From Cylindrospermopsis raciborskii Cr2010 (GTDB taxonomy: Bacteria; Cyanobacteriota; Cyanobacteriia; Cyanobacteriales; Nostocaceae): a DNA stretch of 32,000 nt. A program made the translations under genes and the position numbers. The stretch lies in assembly GCF_003367075.2 (NCBI RefSeq), contig NZ_CP065936.1, positions 1,140,001 to 1,172,000 of the forward strand, read 5' to 3'. Below the pieces are notes generated by a model. It saw only the letters and a program-made list of their open reading frames with translations, did no database searches and was not told where the DNA came from. Below are positions 9,639-18,223 of the stretch, one piece after another. How positions within the stretch are numbered: position 1 is the first letter of the stretch; each line of letters begins with the position of its first letter.

Positions 9639-10463
9639 CTAATCCAGTTTTAAAAACCTGTCCAACGCTGCTACTAAACTTGGTGGCCATCTGCGGATAT
9701 TTCTCACCCAGTTAATATCCTTATATCTGGTGTCTAATCCGTAAGCTGCTACCCAGTTGCTTTCTGCTTCCCCTTTTTTACCCCCTACCCAATAGGTGGC
9801 GGTTAAAGCGGCACGCATATCAGCAAATCGGGGATATTTACGAACTATATTTCTCATTTCTCTTTCCGCTTGCTCTTTTTTCCCAATTTCATACATGGCT
9901 AAAGCATAGTTTGCACGAGCAAAGGCAAAGTTAGGTGCTATTTGTGTGGCTTTTTGATAATCGGCGATCGCCTCTTGCCATTTTCCTAGTCCTGTTTTAG
10001 CATTACCGCGATTATTATATGCCATAGCATCTTGGGGGTCTAATTCTAAAACATGATTATAATCAGCGATCGCCTCTTGCCATTTGCCCAATCCTTCTAA
10101 AGCTGTACCTCTATTTAGGTAAGGATCTGTCACATTGGGAGCTAATTTAATGGCCTGATTATAATCAGTTAATGCTGCTTCTAATTTATTTTGACTAACC
10201 CGGGAATTACCCCGATTACTCCATGCACCCGCATTGGTGGGGAATCTCTCAATAATTTCAGTCCAATATTTTTCAGCGGTGGCAAAATCACCCTTGTCAG
10301 TTGCAGCAAATGCTTGGGTTGCTAACTCATCTCCCAACTCTAACTCTTGTGCTGTAATGTGACTTGTTTCTGCTACTACTGGTAAGCAATTACTTAGAGT
10401 TAGTAATAAGCTTACCAACAAAATTGTTAACAGACTCAAAATAGTATTCTTTTTCTTAGTCAT
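9639..10463 (-). CDS. Exported tetratricopeptide-repeat (TPR) protein
   Basis: 274 aa with an N-terminal signal peptide (KKKNTILSLLTILLVSLLLTL). TPR units recur, including a near-identical duplication: GLGKWQEAIADYN and GLGKWQEAIADYQ. Confidence 0.85.
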   Translation of the reverse strand: MTKKKNTILSLLTILLVSLLLTLSNCLPVVAETSHITAQELELGDELATQAFAATDKGDFATAEKYWTEIIERFPTNAGAWSNRGNSRVSQNKLEAALTDYNQAIKLAPNVTDPYLNRGTALEGLGKWQEAIADYNHVLELDPQDAMAYNNRGNAKTGLGKWQEAIADYQKATQIAPNFAFARANYALAMYEIGKKEQAEREMRNIVRKYPRFADMRAALTATYWVGGKKGEAESNWVAAYGLDTRYKDINWVRNIRRWPPSLVAALDRFLKLD

Positions 10464-10520
10464 TTAATTTTCTGTCATATACAACACTGCCAATAAATCA
10501 ATAATATGTTGACCGGGATC

Positions 10521-10637
10521 TAAGTGGGTAGGTGGAATTAAATATAAGATCAACGCAGGTTGAGTTTAATATGAAACCCAACGCCCCCATGGGTTACCCT
10601 ACCCTCAACCCATCCTACAAATAATTGTGCCTCCCTA
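10521..10637 (+). repeat. Interspersed two-hairpin repeat, copy B (near full length, 5' arm of hairpin 1 shortened)
   Basis: TAAGTGGGTAGGTGGAATTAAATATAAGATCAACGCAGGTTGAGTTTAATATGAAACCCAACGCCCCCATGGGTTACCCTACCCTCAACCCATCCTACAAATAATTGTGCCTCCCTA. The first 31 nt from GTGGAATT are identical to copy D. The copy ends 1 nt before the ruvB stop codon. Confidence 0.85.
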
Positions 10638-10638
10638 G

Positions 10639-11754
10639 TTATAACAATGATAACTGTTCACTATTCAGTTGGAAACCAAGATGTTGATATGCAGCACTTG
10701 TAACCACCCTCCCCCGTGGTGTGCGACTTAAATACCCTATTTGCATTAAATATGGTTCATAAACCTCTTCTATAGTCTGTGTATCTTCCCCCGTAGCAGC
10801 GGCCAAGGTTTCTAAACCCACAGGACCACCATGGAAATTTTCAATAATTACAGTGAGCATTTTTCTATCGGTCCAGTCCAAACCACAGGGATCTACTTGA
10901 AATAGGGTTAATGCTTCTGCAGCAGTAGGTTGATCAATTTGAGGACGGGATTTAACTATAGCATAATCACGCACTCGCTTGAGTAATCTATTGGCTATTC
11001 TCGGTGTACCCCGGGAGCGTTTAGCAATTTCCGTGGCCCCTTCTAAATTCACTATAGTTTGTAAAACCTCTGCACTACGCAAAACAATTTGACTCAGTTC
11101 TTCTACCTGATAAAAGCGCAGTTTTTGCACCAGTCCAAACCGATCTCGCAGGGGAGAAGTTAAAGCTCCCACGCGAGTTGTGGCTCCCACCAAGGTAAAT
11201 TTTGATAGCGGTATGGTTCGTACTTTGGCTCCGGATCCTTTACCAATGGTCACGTCTAAACGATAATCCTCCATGGCTGGGTACAAAATTTCTTCAGTCA
11301 TGCGAGAAAGTCTATGTATTTCGTCAATAAATAACACATCCCCTGGTTTCAGGTTCACCAATAACCCCACTATATCTCTGGGACGCTCTAAAGCTGGCGC
11401 ACTAGTAATTTTATAGTTTACCCCCATCTCTGAAGCCAAAATCATAGCCATAGTGGTCTTACCTAAACCCGCAGGACCATACAATAGCAAGTGATCCATC
11501 ACATCACCCCTAGATTTAGCCGCTTTAATGGCAATATCTAGTACATCTTTTAAATCCTGCTGTCCAATGTAATCTGCAAAACGTCGGGGACGAATGCTAT
11601 CCTCCTGTTTATCATCTTCACCCACGGTTGCTTCCTGTTGCAGAATCTTTTCCTCGGAGGAAACTTTTTCTACCCTCGGTTTCGCTACTCCTCGGTGCTT
11701 TTTCGGCTTTCCCCCAGATTCGGAGGGCTCCTTTTTTGACGAGATTATGGCCAT
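10639..11754 (-). CDS. ruvB: Holliday junction branch-migration helicase RuvB
   Basis: 371 aa. Walker A: GPAGLGKTT. Walker B: LFIDEIHR. Also RFGLV and a C-terminal winged-helix region. It has an N-terminal charged extension of about 55 aa. Confidence 0.95.
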   Translation of the reverse strand: MAIISSKKEPSESGGKPKKHRGVAKPRVEKVSSEEKILQQEATVGEDDKQEDSIRPRRFADYIGQQDLKDVLDIAIKAAKSRGDVMDHLLLYGPAGLGKTTMAMILASEMGVNYKITSAPALERPRDIVGLLVNLKPGDVLFIDEIHRLSRMTEEILYPAMEDYRLDVTIGKGSGAKVRTIPLSKFTLVGATTRVGALTSPLRDRFGLVQKLRFYQVEELSQIVLRSAEVLQTIVNLEGATEIAKRSRGTPRIANRLLKRVRDYAIVKSRPQIDQPTAAEALTLFQVDPCGLDWTDRKMLTVIIENFHGGPVGLETLAAATGEDTQTIEEVYEPYLMQIGYLSRTPRGRVVTSAAYQHLGFQLNSEQLSLL

Positions 11755-12286
11755 AATTAAGCTGTCTTAAGCTAGGGACTGGAATTTGGAAATTTAGCTT
11801 TCCTAAAGATTGCTTTTTCCTCTATAATAACTCAGTTGATTTTTTCACCTAAACAGTGGTCTCAAAGTTTAAACTAAAACGAGTAACCAATCAATATGGC
11901 ATGACGAGCATAATTGGCTGGACTACCCACCCAAGCTCCTTCCTATTGGAAGGCTTTGTCTGTTTTTATACGAGGTTGTTGAGATGTATCTGTAAATAGC
12001 TAAGTATAAGCAGGCATTGTATTATTGTGATTTGTTTAAATTACAAATTTCCACTCTTGGTCAGGCAATAGTTCATTAGATCAAGGTAAATAGAACTAAA
12101 AATAAGCGACTAGCCAACCAGCATAGAGGTGGGAAAATCTTTGTGAAGAATTGGTTTTTTACGTGAACTAGTACTACCAGTTGGCATTTACCGAAAAAAT
12201 GGATACAGTAGAATGTCCAGTTTCTAACCCAACAACAATTTTGCCAACGACTAGGCCAACAGTTATCAAAAGACAGAGAAATTACT

Positions 12287-13060
12287 ATGCTATCTAAAAG
12301 AATTTTACCTTGTTTAGATGTCAAGGCTGGACGAGTTGTGAAAGGTGTCAATTTTGTTGACTTGAAGGATGCTGGAGATCCAGTAGAGCTAGCTAGGGTT
12401 TACGATGAAGCTGGTGCTGATGAGTTAGTATTTTTAGATATTACAGCTACTCACGAAGACCGTGATACTATTATTGATGTAGTTTACCGAACTGCTGACC
12501 AGGTTTTTATTCCCTTGACTGTGGGAGGGGGTGTTCAAACATTAGAAAATGTTAAAGATTTGTTACGAGCGGGAGCTGATAAAGTTAGTATTAATTCAGC
12601 AGCTGTCCGCAATCCGCACTTGATTAACGAGGCGAGCGATCGCTTTGGAAATCAGTGTATTGTGGTAGCCATTGATGCGCGAAGGAGAGTTGAACCTGAC
12701 TCTACGGGTTGGGATGTGTACGTGCGAGGTGGTAGGGAAAATACAGGCATAGATGCTTTATCCTGGGCACAGGAAGTTGAAAAAAGGGGGGCTGGTGAAC
12801 TGTTAGTAACTAGTATGGATGCGGATGGTACTCAAGCTGGCTATGACCTGGAATTAACCAGAGCGATCGCCCAAGCTGTGGAAATTCCAGTCATTGCTTC
12901 TGGTGGAGCTGGCAATTGTCAGCATATTCACCAAGCTCTAACTCTAGGACAAGCCGAAGCCGCCTTATTAGCATCCATACTGCATTATGGACATTTAAGC
13001 ATTGCGCAAATTAAAAATTATTTGCAAGAACAATCTGTTCCCATCCGCTTACCGTGTTAA
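12287..13060 (+). CDS. hisF: Imidazole glycerol phosphate synthase cyclase subunit HisF
   Basis: 257 aa containing [31 protein letters not shown] and ASGGAG, the typical HisF TIM-barrel motifs. Confidence 0.95.
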   Translation: MLSKRILPCLDVKAGRVVKGVNFVDLKDAGDPVELARVYDEAGADELVFLDITATHEDRDTIIDVVYRTADQVFIPLTVGGGVQTLENVKDLLRAGADKVSINSAAVRNPHLINEASDRFGNQCIVVAIDARRRVEPDSTGWDVYVRGGRENTGIDALSWAQEVEKRGAGELLVTSMDADGTQAGYDLELTRAIAQAVEIPVIASGGAGNCQHIHQALTLGQAEAALLASILHYGHLSIAQIKNYLQEQSVPIRLPC

Positions 13061-13161
13061 TCCCGCTCTTGGCAACCAGGTATATCTCTGACCAAAGTCA
13101 GACACAGTTCTCAAAAACAGTGTTAATATTAGTTGACTAGTATTAAGAAATATTAAGAATT

Positions 13162-13353
13162 ATGTTGATTCCTATTCTAATTTTTGATGTAGCACTGGTA
13201 GCTTGGTCGCTCCATCTAATGGAGAAGGCCATAGAGAACAAGGAATTTTCCCTGATGTTAGCGGGTGCATTGGTTGCTGTAGCAGCAGCAGCCATGTTAG
13301 TGGTATATTTCCTCATGGGGAACTGTATGTCCTACCTGTTAAAAATCGGTTGA
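13162..13353 (+). CDS. Possible small two-helix membrane protein (63 aa)
   Basis: Two hydrophobic stretches: LIPILIFDVALVAWSL and LMLAGALVAVAAAAMLVVYFL. I know of no homolog. It is preferred over the overlapping frame 13203..13388, which is Gly/Ser/Cys-rich. Confidence 0.35.
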   Translation: MLIPILIFDVALVAWSLHLMEKAIENKEFSLMLAGALVAVAAAAMLVVYFLMGNCMSYLLKIG

Positions 13354-13384
13354 TAGGGAGCAACCGAATAGGGGAAAAGATAGT

Positions 13385-13759
13385 TTAAAGCGGTCCAGGA
13401 GCTAATCCATGTAACTGACGTATAGCTCGAATACAAACGGGACAATCACAGCCAAATAGCTGAATAGCTTCATCACTTTCTGCATCAGTCAGAACAAACT
13501 CATCCGTTGCTGATTGGTCAGGCTGTGAGCTGGCTATTACTATTGATTCAGACTTTGGAGGAGAGGTGGCTTCCGGGATCTGTATACATATTTGTTTGCC
13601 AGTAGTAGGTGAATGAGGCGATCGCACGCAGGAGAGACGAGTTTTACCGGAGGTGATAGTAGGACTAGCATGAACTGGTTGAGCGATCATCACCGTAGTG
13701 ATAACAGATGTAAACAAGACTGGGCTAGACAGCAAAGTCAACAGGAATTTTTTGTTCAT
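13385..13759 (-). CDS. Secreted hypothetical protein with C-terminal CDCPVC motif
   Basis: 124 aa. Signal peptide with an AXA-type site (AQPVHA-SP), a Ser/Pro/Thr-rich middle and the C-terminal motif FGCDCPVCIRAIRQL. Confidence 0.5.
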   Translation of the reverse strand: MNKKFLLTLLSSPVLFTSVITTVMIAQPVHASPTITSGKTRLSCVRSPHSPTTGKQICIQIPEATSPPKSESIVIASSQPDQSATDEFVLTDAESDEAIQLFGCDCPVCIRAIRQLHGLAPGPL

Positions 13760-13835
13760 GAAGTTGAAAGAAAGTGAATAGAATTAAGATACTATTTTAG
13801 ACTAGGAGTAAGGAACTGGAAACAGAAAAGCCGAT

Positions 13836-14258
13836 ATGCTGTATGAAACAGACTTTTATACATGGACTCAGGAACAGTCCCAAGCTCTATTAAATCGCCA
13901 AATCAATAGTTTAGATTGGCAACATCTAGCAGAGGAGATTGGCGATTTGGGAAACCGCCATTATGACCAACTAAGTTCCCGGTTGAGCATTCTGATCGGT
14001 CATTTGCTGAAATGGAAATATCAACCCGCTAATAGGAGCAACAGCTGGAAAGCCACCATTCGGGAACAGAGACGGAAAATCGACCGTTTACTGGAGCGAA
14101 ATCCCGGGTTGAAAAATAAATGGAATGAAGCCTTAGAAGAAGCTTGGTTAGATGGTAAAGACCTAGCCATTAGAGAAACAGGATTAGACGACCAAGACTT
14201 TCCCGAGGAGTGTCCCTTCAGCAGTTTCCAAATCCAAGATTCCAATTATTGGGCATAA
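13836..14258 (+). CDS. DUF29 family protein
   Basis: 140 aa. The DUF29 signature as I recall it is present: YETDFYTWTQEQSQALL, DWQHLAEEIGDLG, LIGHLLKWKYQP and W..TI.EQR..I..LL..NP.L. Confidence 0.8.
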   Translation: MLYETDFYTWTQEQSQALLNRQINSLDWQHLAEEIGDLGNRHYDQLSSRLSILIGHLLKWKYQPANRSNSWKATIREQRRKIDRLLERNPGLKNKWNEALEEAWLDGKDLAIRETGLDDQDFPEECPFSSFQIQDSNYWA

Positions 14259-14312
14259 TTGTAGAATGTGGAATGAGCAAAAACCAATTTTTGGAGACAA
14301 GATCAAAAAAAT

Positions 14313-15149
14313 ATGACCAATCAATCAACCATCCCAGTTATCGTCAATGGTGCTGGAGGAAAAATGGGTAGGGAAGTGATCAAAGCCATATCCCAAGCAT
14401 CAGATATGACCCTGATGGGTGCTATTGATACCTCCCCAGAACACCAAGGAAAAGACGCTGGAGAATTAGCAGGTCTAAACATAGCCCTAGAAGTTCCCAT
14501 CACCAATCAATTAGAGCCCATATTGGGCTATGTTGCAGGAGAAAGACAACTACAACCACCAGTAATGGTTGATTTTACCCATCCTGATGCAGTTTATGAT
14601 AACGTTCGCAGTGCGATCGCCTATGGGATTCGTCCCGTGGTGGGAACCACCGGTTTAAGTCCCCAACAACTGGAAAATTTAGCTGACTTTGCCGAAAAAG
14701 CTAGTACAGGTTGTCTAATAATTCCCAACTTCTCCATAGGTATAGTATTGCTACAACAAGCAGCAATTACCGCATCCCAATACTTTGACCATGTAGAAAT
14801 TATTGAACTTCACCACAATCAAAAAGCTGATGCACCCAGTGGTACAGCGATTCAAACTGCCCAATTATTAGCAGATATGGGTAAAACCTTCAACCCACCC
14901 CAGGTAACAGAAACGGAAAAAATTGCCGGTGCGAGGGGTTGTTTAGCAGATGAAGGAATAAGGATTCACAGCGTGCGTTTACCTGGACTTATTGCCCATC
15001 AGGAAGTAATTTTTGGTGCAGCTGGTCAAATTTACACCCTACGTCATGATACCAGTGATCGCTCTTGTTATATGCCAGGAGTTTTATTAGCCATTCGTAA
15101 GATTAATCAGTTAAAATCATTGGTATATGGATTAGAAAAAATCCTGTGA
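14313..15149 (+). CDS. dapB: 4-hydroxy-tetrahydrodipicolinate reductase
   Basis: 278 aa. NAD(P)-binding motif [12 protein letters not shown] and DapB signature [15 protein letters not shown]. Confidence 0.93.
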   Translation: MTNQSTIPVIVNGAGGKMGREVIKAISQASDMTLMGAIDTSPEHQGKDAGELAGLNIALEVPITNQLEPILGYVAGERQLQPPVMVDFTHPDAVYDNVRSAIAYGIRPVVGTTGLSPQQLENLADFAEKASTGCLIIPNFSIGIVLLQQAAITASQYFDHVEIIELHHNQKADAPSGTAIQTAQLLADMGKTFNPPQVTETEKIAGARGCLADEGIRIHSVRLPGLIAHQEVIFGAAGQIYTLRHDTSDRSCYMPGVLLAIRKINQLKSLVYGLEKIL

Positions 15150-15190
15150 TTGCGGATGGGGAATCAAGGTTTAGGGAGCAAGATTAGATT

Positions 15191-15901
15191 ATGATTATTC
15201 CACTGACTCGGCAAAAACTAGAACAGATTATTCCTTTGATTGGTAGTGGCGACCAGTATAAATACTACTGGGGAAAATTCAATAATTTTCTCCAAAGACT
15301 GTTAATTTCTGTGGTGACAGTGGTGGTGATTTTGCTGATTAAAAACCTCCTGCAATTGGACTTTGGTTTGGTATTTGTTTTTGGTGTTTTCGGTGGTTTT
15401 TTTTGGTTATGGTATCCCGTTTATCAAGCGAGTATTCGTAATTTTAAATATCGTAGTTATAAATATGGTGGTTTTTTTCGAGGAAGGATTGTAGACTGGT
15501 GGATTACAGAAAAAGTAATTGGCAAACAGGAGACAGTCAATAATCGCGGAGAATTGGTCATTATCGAAAATCGGGAAAAGCGGATCAATTTAGAAATTGG
15601 CGATAACACAGGGTTCAGCATTGAATTTGATGCTCCCTTACGTTCCACCCATAAGGCGATTGCCCGTGGTCAGGTGGCAGAAATGTTAGTAATGTCTAAC
15701 AGTGCTGATTTAAGCACAATTGAAGAGTTTAGCAATATTTACATCCCCAGTCGTAATTTGTGGGTAAGTGACTATCCTTATGTGCGGGAGGACTTATTTA
15801 ATGAGGTCAGTCGTCGCATTAGAAGCTCCCCTCGTGGTCGCTCCCAAACACCAAAATATAGAGCAAAACCCCAAGATGATTACTATGATGATGAATCGTG
15901 A
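15191..15901 (+). CDS. Conserved-looking hypothetical membrane protein
   Basis: 236 aa. Two hydrophobic helices (LLISVVTVVVILLI and FGLVFVFGVFGGFFWLWYPV), then a soluble domain and a charged tail (PKYRAKPQDDYYDDES). It starts 41 nt after the dapB stop and may be co-transcribed with dapB. Confidence 0.6.
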   Translation: MIIPLTRQKLEQIIPLIGSGDQYKYYWGKFNNFLQRLLISVVTVVVILLIKNLLQLDFGLVFVFGVFGGFFWLWYPVYQASIRNFKYRSYKYGGFFRGRIVDWWITEKVIGKQETVNNRGELVIIENREKRINLEIGDNTGFSIEFDAPLRSTHKAIARGQVAEMLVMSNSADLSTIEEFSNIYIPSRNLWVSDYPYVREDLFNEVSRRIRSSPRGRSQTPKYRAKPQDDYYDDES

Positions 15902-15977
15902 CATACTCCACACACTCCCTTACAGGTGAGTGTGGGCTTCTCAACGACTCTTCTATGAAGACATTGATTGAGCTTTG

Positions 15978-16010
15978 AGGGCGTGTGTCCCACGCGCCTT
16001 TATATTTATA
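15978..16010 (+). terminator. Candidate intrinsic terminator after 15191..15901
   Basis: GGGCGTG (15978-15984) pairs with CACGC(G)CC (15991-15998) with one bulged G. TTTATATTTATA follows. Confidence 0.4.
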
Positions 16011-16035
16011 GCCGCATTTAGATACCGGCACAAGC

Positions 16036-16146
16036 TAAGTTGGGTGGGTGGAATTAAATATATTAAATATAAGATGAATGTAGGTTGGGTTGAAGTATGA
16101 AACCCAACGCCCCCATGGGTTACCCTACCGCTAACCCCTCCATACC
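16036..16146 (+). repeat. Interspersed two-hairpin repeat, copy C (right end diverged)
   Basis: TAAGTTGGGTGGGTGGAATTAAATATATTAAATATAAGATGAATGTAGGTTGGGTTGAAGTATGAAACCCAACGCCCCCATGGGTTACCCTACCGCTAACCCCTCCATAC. It lacks the CAAATAATTGTGCCTCCCTA terminus. Confidence 0.8.
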
Positions 16147-16187
16147 TAGAACCATAAAATGGTTTTTAAAAACAAAAGAAGAATAAA

Positions 16188-16964
16188 TCAACTGCTCACC
16201 AAATGATGTAGTTCCTCGGGTGTGAGATGGGAATGAACCACTTCACCATCCCGAAACCAAACAATACGTTTAGTTTGACTAGCTACTTCCGTTTCATGAG
16301 TTACCATAATTACAGTAATTCCCGTACTATTTAACTCAGTAAAAATATCTAACACCTCTTGAGTAGTGCGAGAATCTAAAGCACCAGTTGGTTCATCTGC
16401 TAAAAGTACCACTGGAGCATTGACAATTGCACGAGCGATCGCCACTCGTTGTTGTTGTCCTCCCGATAGTTGATTAGGTTTATTGTGCAGGCGTTTTTCC
16501 AAACCCACTCTAATCAGAGCTTCTATAGCTCTGGCTTTTCTTTCTCCAGGTTTAACACCAGCATAAACCATGGGTAGCATGACGTTTTCTAGAGCTGTCA
16601 ATTGAGTTAATAAATGAAATTGTTGAAAAACAAAACCCAATTTGAGATTGCGAATTTGTGCCAACTGTTGATCATTCATATCAGCAACATTCACATTATC
16701 TAAATAATAATTACCACCACTGGGGCGGTCTAAACAACCAATAATATTCATGGCGGTAGATTTACCGGAACCAGAAGGACCCATGATGGCACAATATTCT
16801 CCTTGATTAATTACTAGGTTAATATTATTCAGGGCCTTCACTTCTGTTTCCCCAGTTCCATAGACTTTAAATATGTTCTCCAAGCGGATAATCTCTGGTT
16901 GAGAGCAAGAATTACCATCCAGAGATTCATTTACCAAGTCACTAATCATCAAGGTTGTAGACAT
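16188..16964 (-). CDS. ABC transporter ATP-binding protein, MacB/LolD/DevA type
   Basis: 258 aa. Walker A: GPSGSGKST. Signature: [14 protein letters not shown]. Walker B: [12 protein letters not shown]. It lies 24 nt downstream of the permease gene. Confidence 0.9.
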   Translation of the reverse strand: MSTTLMISDLVNESLDGNSCSQPEIIRLENIFKVYGTGETEVKALNNINLVINQGEYCAIMGPSGSGKSTAMNIIGCLDRPSGGNYYLDNVNVADMNDQQLAQIRNLKLGFVFQQFHLLTQLTALENVMLPMVYAGVKPGERKARAIEALIRVGLEKRLHNKPNQLSGGQQQRVAIARAIVNAPVVLLADEPTGALDSRTTQEVLDIFTELNSTGITVIMVTHETEVASQTKRIVWFRDGEVVHSHLTPEELHHLVSS

Positions 16965-16988
16965 AAAAGTTTATCCTATATTCTTTTT

Positions 16989-18206
16989 CTAAGCACTTCT
17001 TAAAGCCACGATAGGATCTAGTTGAGCAGCACGACGAGCGGGGAAAACGCCGAAAAATAGACCGATTGCGCCAGAAATACCTACGGTCATAAAAATGGAA
17101 CTAAGGGAAGTAGTAGCATCTATTATCCCTAGGGAAGACACTAAACTTAGTCCACCAATTCCTATACCTGTACCAGCTAATCCACCAATTACGGAAACAA
17201 TAATGGCTTCAATAATAAACTGAAGTAAAATGTCTTGTTGGGTAGCACCTATGGCCTTTCTCAAACCAATTTCTTGGGTTCTTTCAGTTACCGAAACCAA
17301 CATGATATTCATGATTCCAATACCACCAACAAACAGAGAAATGGCAGCAATTCCCACCAACATCAAACTCAGAGCATTGGAAATTTGACCCACTATTTGT
17401 AAAGCATCCTTTTGGGTACGAATAGTAAAGTCATTTTCTCCCACCAGTTTATGGCGTCGTCTGAGTAAATTAGTAATTTGGAATTTTGCCGCATCTACGC
17501 TATCAGCATCTTGAGCAGAAGCGGTTATATAGGTGACCTCTAATCCATAGGGAGATGTTTTGCCAACTATACGATTTGCTGAGGTCATGATGGGAACCAG
17601 CGCAGATGAATCATAGTCAACACCTAAATTAGATCCCTTTTCTGTCAACACACCAATTATTTGAAAACTGGAGTTTTTTATTTTAATCTGTTGACTAATG
17701 GGATTTTGATTGCCAAACATCTTTTGTTTTAACTTACTCCCAATAACTACTACCTGGTTACTCCGTTTCATATCCAAATCATTAAAGAATCTACCTGTAG
17801 CTACTTCAAAGTTACGCACCTGCAAAAAATTGGGAGTTGTACCAATGATGTTGATATTAGTATTTTTGTTTTTATAGGTAACTACTTGCCTACTGTTTAG
17901 TTCTGCTGCAGTTGCTTTAATAGTAGGAACTTGAGTTTCAATAGCTTCAGCATCTGCATATACTAAAGTCTTAATCACATCCCGAGAGACCCTTTGAGTT
18001 TCTTCGTTCCCCGGAATTACAAACAACACATTGGGACCTAGGGAATTTAACTGTTGGGCTACATATCTTTGTCCCCCTTCTCCTAAACCAACCATCATAA
18101 TAACTGAGCTGTTGCCAATAATAATGCCTAGCATTGTTAAGGCACTTCTTAGTTTATTTGATAGCAGGGTTTTACCTGCCATTTGAAAGGTTTCTACAAA
18201 GTTCAT
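16989..18206 (-). CDS. ABC transporter permease, MacB/FtsX/DevC type
   Basis: 405 aa. An N-terminal transmembrane helix, a large periplasmic domain and a C-terminal FtsX-like three-helix bundle (RTQEIGLRKAIGA). Confidence 0.9.
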   Translation of the reverse strand: MNFVETFQMAGKTLLSNKLRSALTMLGIIIGNSSVIMMVGLGEGGQRYVAQQLNSLGPNVLFVIPGNEETQRVSRDVIKTLVYADAEAIETQVPTIKATAAELNSRQVVTYKNKNTNINIIGTTPNFLQVRNFEVATGRFFNDLDMKRSNQVVVIGSKLKQKMFGNQNPISQQIKIKNSSFQIIGVLTEKGSNLGVDYDSSALVPIMTSANRIVGKTSPYGLEVTYITASAQDADSVDAAKFQITNLLRRRHKLVGENDFTIRTQKDALQIVGQISNALSLMLVGIAAISLFVGGIGIMNIMLVSVTERTQEIGLRKAIGATQQDILLQFIIEAIIVSVIGGLAGTGIGIGGLSLVSSLGIIDATTSLSSIFMTVGISGAIGLFFGVFPARRAAQLDPIVALRSA

Positions 18207-18223
18207 AGGTTTTAATATTTCAT

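Noticed and set aside
12169-12184. TAGTACTACCAGTTGG, resembling the first half of a cyanobacterial LexA box (RGTAC-N3-DGTWCB).
   Set aside because: The second half-site does not fit at either 3- or 4-nt spacing. The site is also about 400 bp from ruvB, next to hisF.
12076-12351. 91-aa minus-strand ORF in the ruvB-hisF spacer.
   Set aside because: It runs antisense across the hisF start codon. It is Cys/Trp/Phe-rich with no motif and no obvious ribosome-binding site.
13203-13388. 61-aa ORF in an alternative frame to 13162..13353.
   Set aside because: It is Gly/Ser/Cys-rich with no hydrophobic core. The overlapping frame encodes two plausible transmembrane helices, so only that one is listed, and only at low confidence.
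15819-16031. 70-aa minus-strand ORF downstream of 15191..15901.
   Set aside because: It overlaps the 3' end of the plus-strand gene and the terminator-like hairpins. Its composition is not protein-like.
16150-16187. AACCAT-AAA-ATGGTT hairpin followed by T-run just downstream of the DevA-like gene stop.
   Set aside because: The 6-bp stem is AT-rich, and the T-run is on the plus strand, the wrong strand for the devA-like gene. It is too weak to call a terminator.
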